64,000 nt of DNA, taken from Dendrobates tinctorius. Its lineage: Eukaryota. The translations under genes were made by a program, and so were the position numbers. Of this stretch, positions 13,986 through 26,591 are shown piece after piece (the first letter of the stretch is position 1; each line of letters opens with the position of its first letter). The notes below the pieces were generated by a model, which saw only the letters and a list, made by a program, of their open reading frames with translations, did not search any database and was not told the DNA's origin. Location of the stretch: positions 124,001 to 188,000 of the forward strand of contig NW_027361990.1 in NCBI RefSeq assembly GCF_039654945.1, in the 5' to 3' direction.

Positions 13986-14321
13986 GTAAGATGAAGCCCG
14001 AGAATCCCTGATATGTGTCTATAGTAGAACATATGATATGTAAAGGAGGGAACACCGGAGGGGTCACACAGAATCCCACCGCTGCCACTAATTTGTCAAA
14101 GATTGCAGTCAGGGAAGGTCATATCTCAGATCCACCTGTGATCTATGGAGCAAACAGAGCTCTGCTGCCCCCTATCGTCCGGACAATTATGCAATTGACC
14201 GATGATCAACGGAGGAGGCCGCAGGCTGTTTCCACTAATAGGCTGGTGATCGGGAAACTAACAGTGAGTGTTTGGTATATACACATCTGATTCCAAAGCA
14301 AGGAATATATGTATATACTCC

Positions 14322-15548
14322 TGATACAGTCACTGCGAACCGCCCGATAACCGCAGACTACGCGATGTCACCACCAGTCGTTTATACAGGCTGACTGGAG
14401 GCCTGGTTCTGGTAGCGTATGGTTTTGGGGTGCAGCTTACAGAACAAAAGGAACAGAACTATTACATTTTATATTTAATCCAAAAAGATAGACAGCCTTT
14501 ATAAAAAATATACAAAAGATTTTACAAAGTAGACAAAACAATACATCATATACGGATACAGAAAACGGATAAAAGAAAATAAACTTACTACGCTGATCAG
14601 AGATATGATTCGGCCTAGCGAAGGAGGGCGCTTCGATTTGAAAAACGTCTGATTAACGGGAATCATACATACACTGATATGTACCTCTCTATATGAACAC
14701 AGAACATAATTTGTCTTGATCTTTTATCCGCACTCGAGTTACACCCACACAGCCCCCAGTGATGATATCAAGTTGGCCGGGTTGTAAGATGTCCTCAGCG
14801 CTTCAGAACTTTATGAAATTCCCATCTTATGCGATACCTTTACTCTTGATGATCGCAGAAGTTCGGATTGCCGCCATATTTTTTTAATCAGGATTTTACC
14901 TTTACCTCGCGACCAAACATGACATGGCTCTTGTCAGACTCTGTCCACTATTGATTTGTGGCTTATAAGCAGGGGTTACAGGTATGAATAAAAAACATGC
15001 ATCTTGTTCCTCGATTCTTCGTGGACCTGAAAATAAATGTCACATCATTATTGGGATCTATACCAGCCCCGATAGTCATGATTTTCTTTCAGAGACACCA
15101 AGTCTGGGCTGGCTATTGTAATTACAACATTTATCCTGGGGGTGGGGGGTAAAGCTTCTCAGGATGTACTTTCTGTAGGGACAATGCCTCTTCCACTTTG
15201 TTATTTATGTGTAAACACGTAACTTTGTTATAAAACCCTCTGAAAACACCTTTTCTGTCTCAATTACTTGTCCAATCTATGAACCATTGTCTCACGCACA
15301 TAAGACATCATTCTTGACACTGCACTGGTCCTTTATTTCCAAATGTGACTGCCTGCATGTTTAAATAGGATGGTTCACTTCGGACTATACCCAACTTCTT
15401 ACTCCTTTATGTCCAGGTACTAGTCTGAGTCTAGGAGATTCAGACTGTCAGCTATTTGCTTCCTCACTGGAAATCTGTGTGAGAGGGAAGGAGGGGGGGT
15501 GAGTGCCCCCTACACTTGGGGGTTTGAGATGTTAATATTTCTATGACA
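14322..15548 (-). mobile_element. Possible solo LTR (ERV/Gypsy-like) in Kazal intron 2
   Basis: On the minus strand it starts TGTCATAG and ends TATCA. No convincing TSD; weak support. Confidence 0.3.
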
Positions 15549-15914
15549 GTATACAGCAGTTATGCAGACCTATGTGTCTCCATGGTTACAGTAAGCAAAC
15601 AAATCATGGTCATGTTTCTCTACAGAAAACAGGGGAAAGACATGACAGCAGAATTATGCAGGGTTGTTTGTGGCTAGGGAGACACATAGCTCTGCACAAG
15701 TGCTGCAGGCACAAAACGGTCAATTATAATTATTAATCCAGACTGATTACTGTATTCTTTTAAATGCATTGAAAAATAAAAAAAAATACTAAGTTACTAA
15801 ATTGGACATTCCCTTTAAATGCAATATCCTGCAATGTCATATATTGATCTGCACGTGTCAGAATACGGGGGGTGTCTGACCATAGAGAGCAGCCCTGTAA
15901 TGACGCCGGAGCAG

Positions 15915-16024
15915 CCTTTGTGTTCCAGGTATGATGGCGATTTCTGTCCATATGAGAATAAGCCGGTGTGCGGCGCGGACGGATACACGTACGGGAATGA
16001 ATGTCAGCTCTGCAGGGAGAACAG
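15915..16024 (+). CDS. Kazal/SPINK-like inhibitor exon 3 ([36 protein letters not shown])
   Basis: Kazal signature C-x7-C-x7-C(G.DG.TY.N.)C-x2-C. Donor AG|GTACAA in phase 2. The acceptor at 15914 is in frame but pyrimidine-poor. Confidence 0.85.
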
Positions 16025-16659
16025 GTACAATATCTCACAGTGTTCCCCTGTAATAACAGGAAAAGCGATGAACTGAGTCTATGGCCGCGCTGCCTCCTGC
16101 TGGCCAGAGGGGGGATGGCACCCTGCCCTATACATTGGTATACATAGTGTATAGCGCCATACTGTCGAATAACCTGCACACATTGCTCAGAGGCTACATG
16201 GTGACAGCTCAGTGACATACAGCGCCTCTTTCCTACAAATAGTGCTCAGAGCTTCATGCTTTGCTCAGATGGGCCATATAATGCCCACATAAATCCAAAC
16301 AATCACTGCACAGTGTTACACTTTGTCCTTATAGAATCAAACATTACCCATTGTTATTCTCTGCATGCATGATACCAGGGTGCCCACACAGCGCCAAGCA
16401 ATGGTTCCCCCTGCAGAGAATCTCTGCGCCTATATTACCAGAGGGCACCCCATAAAGCCATATAGAGCCCAATGGAGCCCAGACAGTGCCAGACAACACC
16501 CAGAGAGCACACTGCGCCCACTATAATACCGTTCACACCTAGTGCCCAGAATATACTCTGCTCAGAGAAATAACGCACACCGGCCCTTGTGATGCAGCCC
16601 CCTAACACAGCGGTTATCGCTGACCCCCTTTTGTTATCTTTATTGCACCATGTTATGCG

Positions 16660-17000
16660 GCCCTATATCTGGACTCTTATACCCGAGGTCCTATAGCTGC
16701 GGCCCTATACTTGGGTTCCTTTACCTGCAGTCCTATACTTGTGGCTCCATACCTGCGGTCCTATACCTGAGATCCTATAGCTGTGGTCCAATACCTATGG
16801 TCCTATACCTGCAGCCCTGTACCTGAGGACCTATACCTGCAGCCCTGTACCTGAGGACCTATAGCTGCAGTCCTATACCTGGGGCCCTATGCATGCGGTC
16901 CTATGCCTGAGATCCTACAGCTGCAGCCCTATACCTGGGGTCTTATATTTGTGGTCCTATACCTGAGATCCTATACCTAGGGTCCTATACCTGCGGCCCC
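16660..17000. repeat. Diverged 14-bp minisatellite (ctatacctgcggtc)
   Basis: About 24 visible copies. Confidence 0.8.
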
Positions 17001-17129
17001 TGGTAAGACTGGTAATATCTCATTGGCATCACTAACATACTAACTATGTTACTATGTATGTTACTAGTTGTGTTACCAGGAGGTCTCCGCACTCACTTCC
17101 ATGTCATGTGTTATTTCTTTATATTGCAG

Positions 17130-17250
17130 CGAGCGCACAAACAAGGTCCAAATCAAAGCTGAAGGTCGCTGCCCCCCATCTGCCCAGCACAGGGGGCTGA
17201 GGCTGAAGCCGCAGCCAATTATGCAAGGAGCTGTCCACGCCGGCCCATGA
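17130..17250 (+). CDS. Kazal/SPINK-like inhibitor exon 4 ([15 protein letters not shown] plus 25-aa tail, stop TGA)
   Basis: Acceptor ttatttctttatattgcAG, phase 2. Supplies Cys6 17 residues after Cys5 (I...G.C motif). Confidence 0.85.
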
Positions 17251-17689
17251 ACCATGGTTATAGATGACAGCTTCTGCAGCACGGCGCAGGAAGGAAAACC
17301 CAGGAGCGTAAAGAGACAAAATGTTTCCATAAACTTCACCATAATTACTGATGACCAAATGTGACAATTCTAAGAGATAAGCATTGAATCTATAAAACAA
17401 AGAGATTTCCCAATTGTCCAGCTGTGTTATTAACTATGCAGGGACCTACAGAGGGTACAAGACAGGACAAGATACTAGTCCACAGGACACCCTGAAACAC
17501 TACCAAGCAGTGTACACGAATGGGGTGACAGGTGGGGTGGTCACTTCAGCACCATCCAGACACCCAACATCCATGACAATATCAGCAACCAGCAGTGCGG
17601 CCATTCCTCCTGTGCTGGAGACGTGTTTTCTACCCCAGGCCGCATGTTCCTGTTATTACTGTGATCCGCCTGGAGGCCTAAACCTGCTT

Positions 17690-18450
17690 CTATGACTGCA
17701 GCGTCTCCGGTCTTGTCTCCATCGTGCACATTGGACAGTGATTACACAGGAGCTGCCAGCAGCGTCTCCAGACTTGTCTCCATTGAGCATATTGGGGTGA
17801 TTACACAGGAGATGCTGGCAGAATCTCCGGTCTTGTCTCCGTCGTGCACATTGGGGGCGACATTGGTCGATGATTACACAGGAGCTACTGGCAGAGTCTC
17901 CGGTCTTGTCTCCGTTGTGCACATTGGGGGCGTCAATGGTCGGTGATTACACATGAGCTGCTGGCAGAGTCTCCGGTCTTGTCTCCGTTGTGCACATTGG
18001 GGGCGTCAATGGTCGGTGATTACACATGAGCTGCTGGCAGAGTCTCCGGTCTTGTCTCCGTTGTGCACATTGGGTGCGACATTGGTCGGTGATTACACAG
18101 GAGCTACTGGCAGAGTCTCCGGTCTTGTCTCCGTTGTGCACATTGGGTGCGACATTGGTCGATGATTACACAGGAGCTACTGGCAGAGTCTCCGGTCTTG
18201 TCTCCGTTGTGCACATTGGGGGCGACATTGGTCGATGATTACACAGGAGCTACTGGCAGAGTCTCCGGTCTTGTCTCCGTTGTGCACATTGGGGGCGTCA
18301 ATGGTCGGTGATTACACATGAGCTGCTGGCAGAGTCTCCGGTCTTGTCTCCGTCGCGCACATTGGGGGCGTCATTGGTCCATGATTACACAGGAGCTGCC
18401 AGCAGCGTCTCCAGACTTGTCACAATTGAGCACATTGGGGTGATTACACA
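17690..18450. repeat. 73-bp minisatellite, about 10 copies
   Basis: Period 73 (17953 vs 18026). Confidence 0.9.
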
Positions 18451-19466
18451 GGAGCTGCTAGGCTGCGGATCCTGATGATTTGTACACTCAGCAGCAGAAC
18501 CTTCCTTAGACGACCATTAATAACCTCAGTGACAGCAGTCGAGGCCGGAGGTGCTGGGATTTCTGCTGATGATCCAGGCAGGATACATCCAGAGGTTCTG
18601 ATGATGTCGCTTTCAATTTTCCGTCACTTACAGATCAGTGACATTTCTGTCCTATGATTTCCAGAATTACACAACTTTTCCTTCTTGGTGTTGCAATGAC
18701 AGTGTCTGAGGAGCATATATACTCCCACACTGTATACCAGTATACAGGAAAAGCTGCCATTCTAGGTGTGCACCATCTCCAAACGATCTGTTCCTCTATC
18801 CTCAAGTAGGGGGCGCACTGAGCCTGCTGATATGAAGATCTCCTGTTAGGTGACATCAATGCACATAGGCATCTCATAAAGTGGTCGCATATCTCTGGGA
18901 CAAGTCCTCGGCTTCTATGGAAGTCGTGAAAGCATATCCTTGAGATAAGCAGCACTTCTGGAAGGATTCCTGTGCACGACGCTGCAACACTTCAGACCAG
19001 ACCCATCCTCCAGATGCATTTTCAGGGGACAGGGATCATGGCATAAGAAAAGTCGGTCTTCAGTAAAAGAATGTGCACATTTTTCGTTGGTGCGATTACC
19101 GCGCAGCGCTACAGAATCTTTTATAAGGTAACTTCCAAAAGTTTGCAATGACTCCATTTTTAGCGAGACAACAAAGGCAGCGGCTCGCTGGAAACGGAGA
19201 TGCTTTGACCTGCGTCGTCTCTGCTCAGCGTTCTACGGAGGCCGTACACAAAGGTCAGAACGTGCGCTCAGGTGAGTTCACACTTGGCAGATTGGATGGA
19301 TTTCTGCAGACAGGTTCATATAACGCATGGAGTGGGAACTGACGATGCCGCGTAGGAAGCGTCGTACCCACAGAATAATAGCGAGTGCCGCCCGGTGCCC
19401 TGTGCACATTCCTGCGGCCGAGGAGACTGAAGACGTCTTGTTGTGTCTTCTATCTCAAGAAACCGC

Positions 19467-19715
19467 AAACACCTGCACAAGACAGATCTGCCCCAGGAGA
19501 TCCCTAATTCATCCACAAACACCTGCACAAGACAGATCTGCCCCAGGAGATCCCTAATTCATCCACAAACACCTGCACAAGACAGATCTGCCCCAGGAGA
19601 TCCCTAATTCATCCACAAACACCTGCACAAGACAGATCTGCCCCAGGAGATCCCTAATTCATCCACAAACACCTGCACAAGACAGATCTGCCCCAGGAGA
19701 TCCCTAATTCATCCA
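19467..19715. repeat. 50-bp near-perfect tandem repeat, 5 copies
   Basis: aaacacctgcacaagacagatctgccccaggagatccctaattcatccac repeated. Confidence 0.95.
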
Positions 19716-20189
19716 TTTAAAGAGCTGCAGGAAATAAAGCCGCTCCTGTGCCATGGGGCGTAATCTCCCGGATTGTTCTGTAGTGCAGGGATCGGGCCAG
19801 CGGTGCGTCAGTGCCATCTGATAGTGGCAGGCTAATGTGGAAACGTGTCATATTTAGAAAATCAATTGTAATTAAAGTGTTATCTTGTTGTCATCATTGT
19901 CACAGATGCCGAGTGCCGGGATCTGACCCCTAGAGCCCCCAGATCTCTCCAAAATACAGTGCGGAGAGACATCAATATCTATTTGCCTCCTTCTAGATAT
20001 GATTTAGAATTGCCCATCGCACTGTTCTTCTGGAGATGAGCCCCGAGCGATGTCCACCGGCAGAGTGAATGAATACAGAGCGCTCTGCCGTACGCATGCT
20101 CCTGTGATAAGCCAAAGCATCGTTCAGCCGACAGCCATCCAATGTGAATGGGGGCGTTAGCAATGTTGAGGGGCTTCCAAACCCCTGAC

Positions 20190-20560
20190 AATAATAATAA
20201 TAATTTATATAGTGTCAACATATTCAGCAGCACTTTACAATTCAGCAGGGACTTATAGAGACAACAAATTCAATAAAAAGGAAGGCGAGTTACACAGTTA
20301 CATTAGGAGCGAGGGTCCGGCTGCTCGCAAGCTGACAATCTGCAAGGAAAGATGGGGGCACAATAGGTGAAAAGTGCAGGTTATTTCAAGTTCAGCAATT
20401 GTAATAAATCGGGATTTTCATATAAAGCTGCATGATCCGGTCGTCAGACCGTGTGTTTAAGTGCAATTATCATGTGCATGGAGGGTGTGGAGACAGATGA
20501 ATAGGAGGGAGCAGATTCTGAGTAATATTTAGAAGGAGAGAACAGGGGAGAGCTAGGTTA
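20190..20560 (-). mobile_element. Probable L2-type LINE/SINE 3' tail
   Basis: (AAT)n followed by ttatatagtgtcaacatattcagcagcactttaca, the reverse complement of the tail type seen at the SINE end near 26800. Confidence 0.45.
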
Positions 20561-20574
20561 GTGAGTTGAGGTTA

Positions 20575-23500
20575 TATAGTTACATAGGTTGAAAATAGAC
20601 CCGGGTCCATCAAGTTCAACCCTTCTCCAACAATTGTACATTTCGTCACTAATTTAACTATAACCCGCAATGTTCTGTGTATCGAGGAAATTATCCGGCC
20701 CTTGTATAAGAGCTGTCATAGTGTCGGCCATTACTACCTCTTGTGGTCGGCATTCCACAGTCTGACTGCTCTAACTGTAAAGAACCCTTTCCAATTTAGC
20801 TGCCGGAATCGCCTTTCTTCCACCCGCAGTCAGTAGCCCCTAGTCCTTAGTTTGGTCTATGGAAGGAACAGGTCCTGCGCCGTCCTCTGTACTGACCACA
20901 CATGGATTTAGACATTTAAATGAGATCTCCTGTGAGGCATTTTTTTCTAAGCTAACCAAGCCCAATTTTTCCAACGTACCTTCATATGAGAGGCCTCCAT
21001 CCCTTGTAATAATCTAGCTACCCGACTTTGAACTGATTCTAACTACTGAATATCCTTTTTAAAATGTGGAGCCCAGAACTAGATCCCATATTCTAGATGT
21101 GGCCTCACCAGTGATTTATAAAGGGGTAACAATACGTCGGGATCGCGGGATTTTATCTCTATTTTTATACATATTAAAATCTTGTTTGCTTTTGCGGCTG
21201 CTGCCTGACATTGAGTGCTGCTGCTCAGCTTACTTGTAATGAGGATCCCCCGTCCTTCTCCTGTTCTGTATCCTGAGTATTCTCCCATTTAGTGTATATG
21301 CAGCTAAAGGATTTCTCCGTCCTCAGTGCATTACTCTACATTTGCCTACACTAAACCTCATTTACCAAGTGTTTGCCCATTCAGACATCTTATTCAGATC
21401 GTTTTCCAATATTGTAATGTCAAGGTCAGATTTTAATAGCCTACATAGTTTGGTGTCATCAGCAAAGACACTTTACTCTCAATCCCATCCACAAGGTCAT
21501 TAATAAAGGGGTTAAAAAGAATCGGTCCTAGCACAGATCCCAGCGGTCCCCACTGCTCCAAGTACAGATCCCTGCGGTCCTCACTGCTCCCAGTACAGAT
21601 CCCTGCGGTCCTCACTGCTCCCAGTACAGATCCCTGCGGTCCTCACTGCTCCCAGTACAGATCCCTGCGGTCCTCACTGCTCCCAGTACAGATCCCTGCG
21701 GTCCTCACTGCTCCCAGTACAGATTCCTGCGGTCCTCACTGCTCCCAGTACAGATCCCTGCGGTCCCCACTGCTCCCAGTACAGATCCCTGCGGTCCTCA
21801 CTGCTCCCAGTACAGATCCCTGCGGTCCCCACTGCTCCCATTACAGATTCCTGCAGTCCCCACTGCTCCCAGTACAGATCCCTGCGGTCCCCACTGCTCC
21901 CAGCACAGATTCCTGCGGTCCTCACTGCTCCCAGTACAGATCCCTGCGGTCCCCACTGCTCCCAGCACAGATCCCTGTGGTCCCCACTGCTCCCAGTACA
22001 GATCTCTGCGGTCCCCACTGCTCCCAGTACAGATCCCTGCGGTCCCCACTGCTCCCAGTACAGATCCCTGCGGTCCCCACAGCTCCCAGTAGAGATCCCT
22101 GCGGTCCCCACTGCTCCCAGTACAGATCCCTGCGGTCCCCACTGCTCCCAGTACAGATCCCTACGGTCCTCACTGCTCCCAGTACAGATCCCTGCGGTCC
22201 TCACTGCTCCCAGTACAGATCCCTGCGGTCCTCACTGCTCCCAGTACAGATCCCTGCGGTCCCCACTGCTCCCAGTACAGATCCCTGCGGTCCTCACTGC
22301 TCCCAGTACAGATCCCTGCGGTCCCCACTGCTCCCATTACAGATTCCTGCAGTCCCCACTGCTCCCAGTACAGATCCCTGCGGTCCCCACTGCTCCCAGC
22401 ACAGATTCCTGCGGTCCTCACTGCTCCCAGTACAGATCCCTGCGGTCCCCACTGCTCCCAGCACAGATCCCTGTGGTCCCCACTGCTCCCAGTACAGATC
22501 TCTGCGGTCCTCACTGCTCCCAGTACAGATCCCTGCGGTCCCCACTGCTCCCAGTACAGATCCCTGCGGTCCCCACAGCTCCCAGTAGAGATCCCTGCGG
22601 TCCCCACTGCTCCCAGTACAGATCCCTGCGGTCCCCACTGCTCCCAGTACAGATCCCTAAGGTCCTCACTGCTCCCAGTACAGATCCCTGCGGTCCCCAC
22701 TGCTCCCAGTACAGATCTCTGCGGTCCTCACTGCTCCCAGTACAGATCCCTGCGGTTCCCACTGCTCCCAGTACAGATCCCTGCGGTCCTCACTGCTCCC
22801 AGTACAGATCCCTGCGGTCCTCACTGCTCCCAGTACAGATCTCTGCGGTCCCCACTGCTCCCAGTACAGATCTCTGTGGTCCTCACTGCTCCCAGTACAG
22901 ATCCCTGCGGTTCCCACTGCTCCCAGTACAGATCCCTGCGGTCCTCACTGCTCCCAGTACAGATCCCTGCGGTCCCCACTGCTCCCAGTACAGATCTCTG
23001 CGGTCCCCACTGCTCCCAGTACAGATCTCTGCGGTCCTCACTGCTCCCAGTACAGATCCCTGCGGTCCTCACTGCTCCCAGTACAGATCTCTGTGGTCCT
23101 CACTGTTCCCAGTACAGATCCCTGCGGTTCCCACTGCTCCCAGTACAGATCCCTGCGGTCCCCACTGCTCCCAGAACAGATCCTGGCGGTCCTCACTGCT
23201 CCCAGTACAGATCTCTGCGGTCCCCACTGCTCCCAGTACAGATCTCTGTGGTCCCCACTGATGACCCTTTGTTTCCTGTTATTTAGTTAATTCCTTACCC
23301 ATCTGCATACCATTTTCCCCCAGTCCTTGCTTTTGTGGCTTCAGTATAAGGCTGAAATGTGGCATTGCCTTTGCAAAGTCCAGATAAATCACATCAGCCG
23401 CATGCATGGCCAATATAGAGATTTGCACTTACCTCCTCATAGAAACCCATCATATTAGTTAGCCACGACTTATTCTTCATGAATAAATGCTGGTTGTCAG

Positions 23501-23640
23501 TTATTATATTATTATTTACAATATATTTCTGCAGGTCATCTCTTATAATGCCCTCAAAAATTTTGCACCATTTACCCACCTTCTTACCGTTCTTAAATAT
23601 TGGTACCACTTGAGCCATCCTCCAATCCCATGGCACCAAC
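20575..23640 (-). mobile_element. Degenerate CR1 LINE (RT region to 3' end) split by an internal minisatellite
   Basis: Minus-strand fragments VPWDWRMAQVVPIFKNG, GSVLGPILFNPFINDL, QCQAAAAKANKIL, LLPLYKSLVRPHLEY. Confidence 0.9.
21530..23260. repeat. 31-bp minisatellite (~56 copies) derived from the CR1 RT SGVPQGSVLG codons, with a 496-bp higher-order duplication
   Basis: Minus-strand unit AGCAGTGGGGACCGCAGGGATCTGTACTGGG. The variant pattern repeats at offset 496 = 16 x 31. Confidence 0.93.
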
Positions 23641-24954
23641 TGACAGGATGAGCCCGGAGGGCGATACACAACCGCGACTGGCAGGGAGAAGGGTTTAAAG
23701 AGTCTAATGATGTGGACTTCAAAAGGAAGGAAACATAAGTGTGGGTACCGGGGGGATTACCTGGAAAGCACATTGTGCCGAAGAATGCAGACCAACACCT
23801 TCACCTTGTGTGTTCTGAGGACTGGCGGTATGTGAAAATTTCAGCCCACCGTACGAGAGAGCAGCAGATGAAATGGTGTCCGACTGCTGGATCCATGTTT
23901 CTGTAAGAGCCAGAACATTAAGAGAATTAGAAAGGATAAAATGGTGAATGTAAGTTAGCTTTCACACACTGACCGAACGTTCCAGAGGGCACAATTAAAA
24001 GAAATAGGAAAAGGCATGCACTGAATGTTAAGATTAGTAAGGTTTTTATATGCAATCGTGTCCTTCTCAAAAGGCTATCCAACTAAAATTGTTTATCACC
24101 TATGCACAAGACAGGTGATAAGTGTATGATAGGTGGGGATCCCACCACCAGGACCCAACAGATACCTAGGATGGGGGGCCCATACCCTCATTTCAGGGGC
24201 ATCACACAGGCACACATTCAATGGCTAAGGGACATTGAGACCTTCTGAGTGCACCATTAGTACCACAAGCCCCCCACACATTCCACTGATTGGTGGTGGT
24301 CCCGGTGACTTTACATTTATCACTTCCTCTGAAGAAAGCTTTTCATGGAGTAACTGATGTGGCCACAAGAAGATGAAATGTAGATGGCGAAATCTGCAGC
24401 AAATTCGTGGAATACCACAATGAAACCTGCACGATTTGGAGAGAGCTTTGCACCTTGCAGAATGTGGGCAACGGTTAACACCAGTGTGCACGTACTCGCA
24501 CTCAGTGTGCTTCCAGTTATGATTGTGACAAGATTTGCAGCCTTGAGAGCGGAAACTTCCGATTTCCAGACAACTATACGAGCAGAGGCTTCCCGCATTG
24601 CTGGCTACTGCTCACTCCAATACGTGGATCTTGTACCTTAGATACAATACTACGTGCAGTCACCTGTGCAGTGGAAGCCACATCGTATCTGCGAACTCGA
24701 TATTCCGGCTATGGAAACTGCTTTGTTTACACTACAGCTCGCTGTTAACCCCTTCCTATCACTTTCTGGTGATATGTATGCATATCATACCTTGAAGACT
24801 GAACAGAAAATGATCTCGACATTTTTACAGGGTGTGGTATTAGTGGGGGGGGGGGTCCAACCAGTGTGACCCCATCATCTGACACGTGAATGCAACACAG
24901 ATGGACACTCATTTCACTGCAGAGTAGTTGGGGTCCCAGCATTGAGACCCCACC

Positions 24955-25115
24955 ATGTATCATGATTAAGGGTGCGTAGCCACCTGAAACACGTCAATGT
25001 CATATCATGTAACTGTCAGCGCTGATATTGTTTTGCCCTCTGATGAGCGCTTTTTGGTGAATAAAGAAAGAAGTTTGTTCACAAGTTTGTTGAGCTGGAT
25101 TTCTCTCGGGCTGCT
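24955..25115 (+). mobile_element. Penelope-like fragment with a decayed hammerhead-like motif
   Basis: CATGATTAA-GGGTG-CGTAGC-CACCT-GAAACACGTC, then AATAAA at ~25060. Confidence 0.4.
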
Positions 25116-25241
25116 GTAAGGTTACACTGAGAAAGGCAGAATGGTGGCACAGTGGTTAGCAGGCAGTGGCTCAGTGGTTAGCAAGAAGAGGCTCAGTGGT
25201 TGTGGTTAGCACACGGTGGATCAGAACTTAGCAGATGGTAG

Positions 25242-26154
25242 TGTTATGAATGGGTCACAAAGGAGGAAAACAAGACCAAGCCAAGTCACAGAAAACCAGA
25301 GAGGTTGGTAACTACGTGGATTGCAGACCCCTGATCCTAACCACACAACTAACAGCAGCCGTGGAGCGTACCTACGATGATTCTAGACGCCTCATCACAG
25401 TCGGAGGACTAAATAAGCCTAAAGCAAGAAAAGGGGAAATCTAAAACTGCCCCAGAGCAGACCCCAAAGGAATAGACAGCCCCCACACATGTATTGACTG
25501 TGAGACAAGATGAAAACACGAACACAGGTAGGAAAATAGGCTGAGCAAACAATGGGGCCCACACTGACTAGACAGGACCAGAAAGGAAAGATACTGTCTG
25601 CAATCACGCCAAAAAACCCTGCAAAATGTCCAACACTTCTGATAGCAAAAAATACCCTGAAGTCACTAGACTTCTCCCACTATATCAGCACTCTGGTATA
25701 TTCTGAGAACAGAGCAAAAAGAGGCCAATCTAACAAAGGACAAAAAGCAAACTGGCACATACAGTGACATAAGAGTGGAAATTCAGCACAGCCCCAGCCG
25801 GGGCTGGCTGACCACACAAAAAACTGAATAGACCAAACCAAATCAAATGTGAACAATAGCAAAGACAACTTAGCTTGAGAAGGCAGGAACTGAGCTGGAA
25901 ACTAAGACCTCAGGTGGCAGGAAAAAATCACCAGCATGGGAATAGGGAGTCGGCTGTCTTAAATCCAGTCTGAGACTCCAGATGTCCACTCCTCTTCCTC
26001 ATTATCAGGTGGCAGGTCTCTGTTAATTAGATCAGCTTCACTACCTCCTGCCACCACCAGAGGGAGCCCGGAAAGAGAACTCACAACTCCTCTGTCAGCA
26101 CAACCAGCTCCCTCACCAGAAACCAGAGGCAGACCAGAAAATGAGTTCACAACA
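25242..26154. mobile_element. Solo LTR, 913 bp
   Basis: Inverted termini TGTTATGAA...TTCACAACA; TSD GGTAG/AGTAG. Confidence 0.8.
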
Positions 26155-26591
26155 AGTAGGTTAGTGGTTAGCAGGCAGTGGCTCAGTGTTTAGGACACAG
26201 TGGCTCAGTGGTTACCACACAGTGGCTCAGTGTTTAGCACATGGTGGCTATATGATTAGTAGGCAATGGATCAGTGGTTAGGACAAATTCATAGCTTAAA
26301 GAAAAAAAAAAAAATACACGTGAGAAGTTTGTAACAATCATGAATTGACGGAAGGGACTTCACATTAATCACATATATAACTTTTATTTACCAATCTAAA
26401 AATACGAAAAAGTTCAAATAAACAAGACCACCAACAAGAGTAAAAAATGTTAACCAGACGACAGAGGAACCAGTGGGATGTGCCTCACCCTGTTCTACTA
26501 CTGTACGAAGCTGTCAGCGGAGGGTGGAACCCTAGTCCTACGCATGTGGCACCCCTGTTCAACGGCTAGGACACAGTGGCTCAGTGGTTAG

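Noticed and set aside
4080-14088. Dozens of long ORFs (YTECNIHT, CILHSVY repeats) resembling zinc-finger or membrane proteins
   Set aside because: Open in several frames on both strands because of the 14/42-bp satellite; no unique coding content.
18635-19160. Possible minus-strand coding segment or pseudogene
   Set aside because: Short ORFs in different frames, no recognisable homology and no convincing splice sites.
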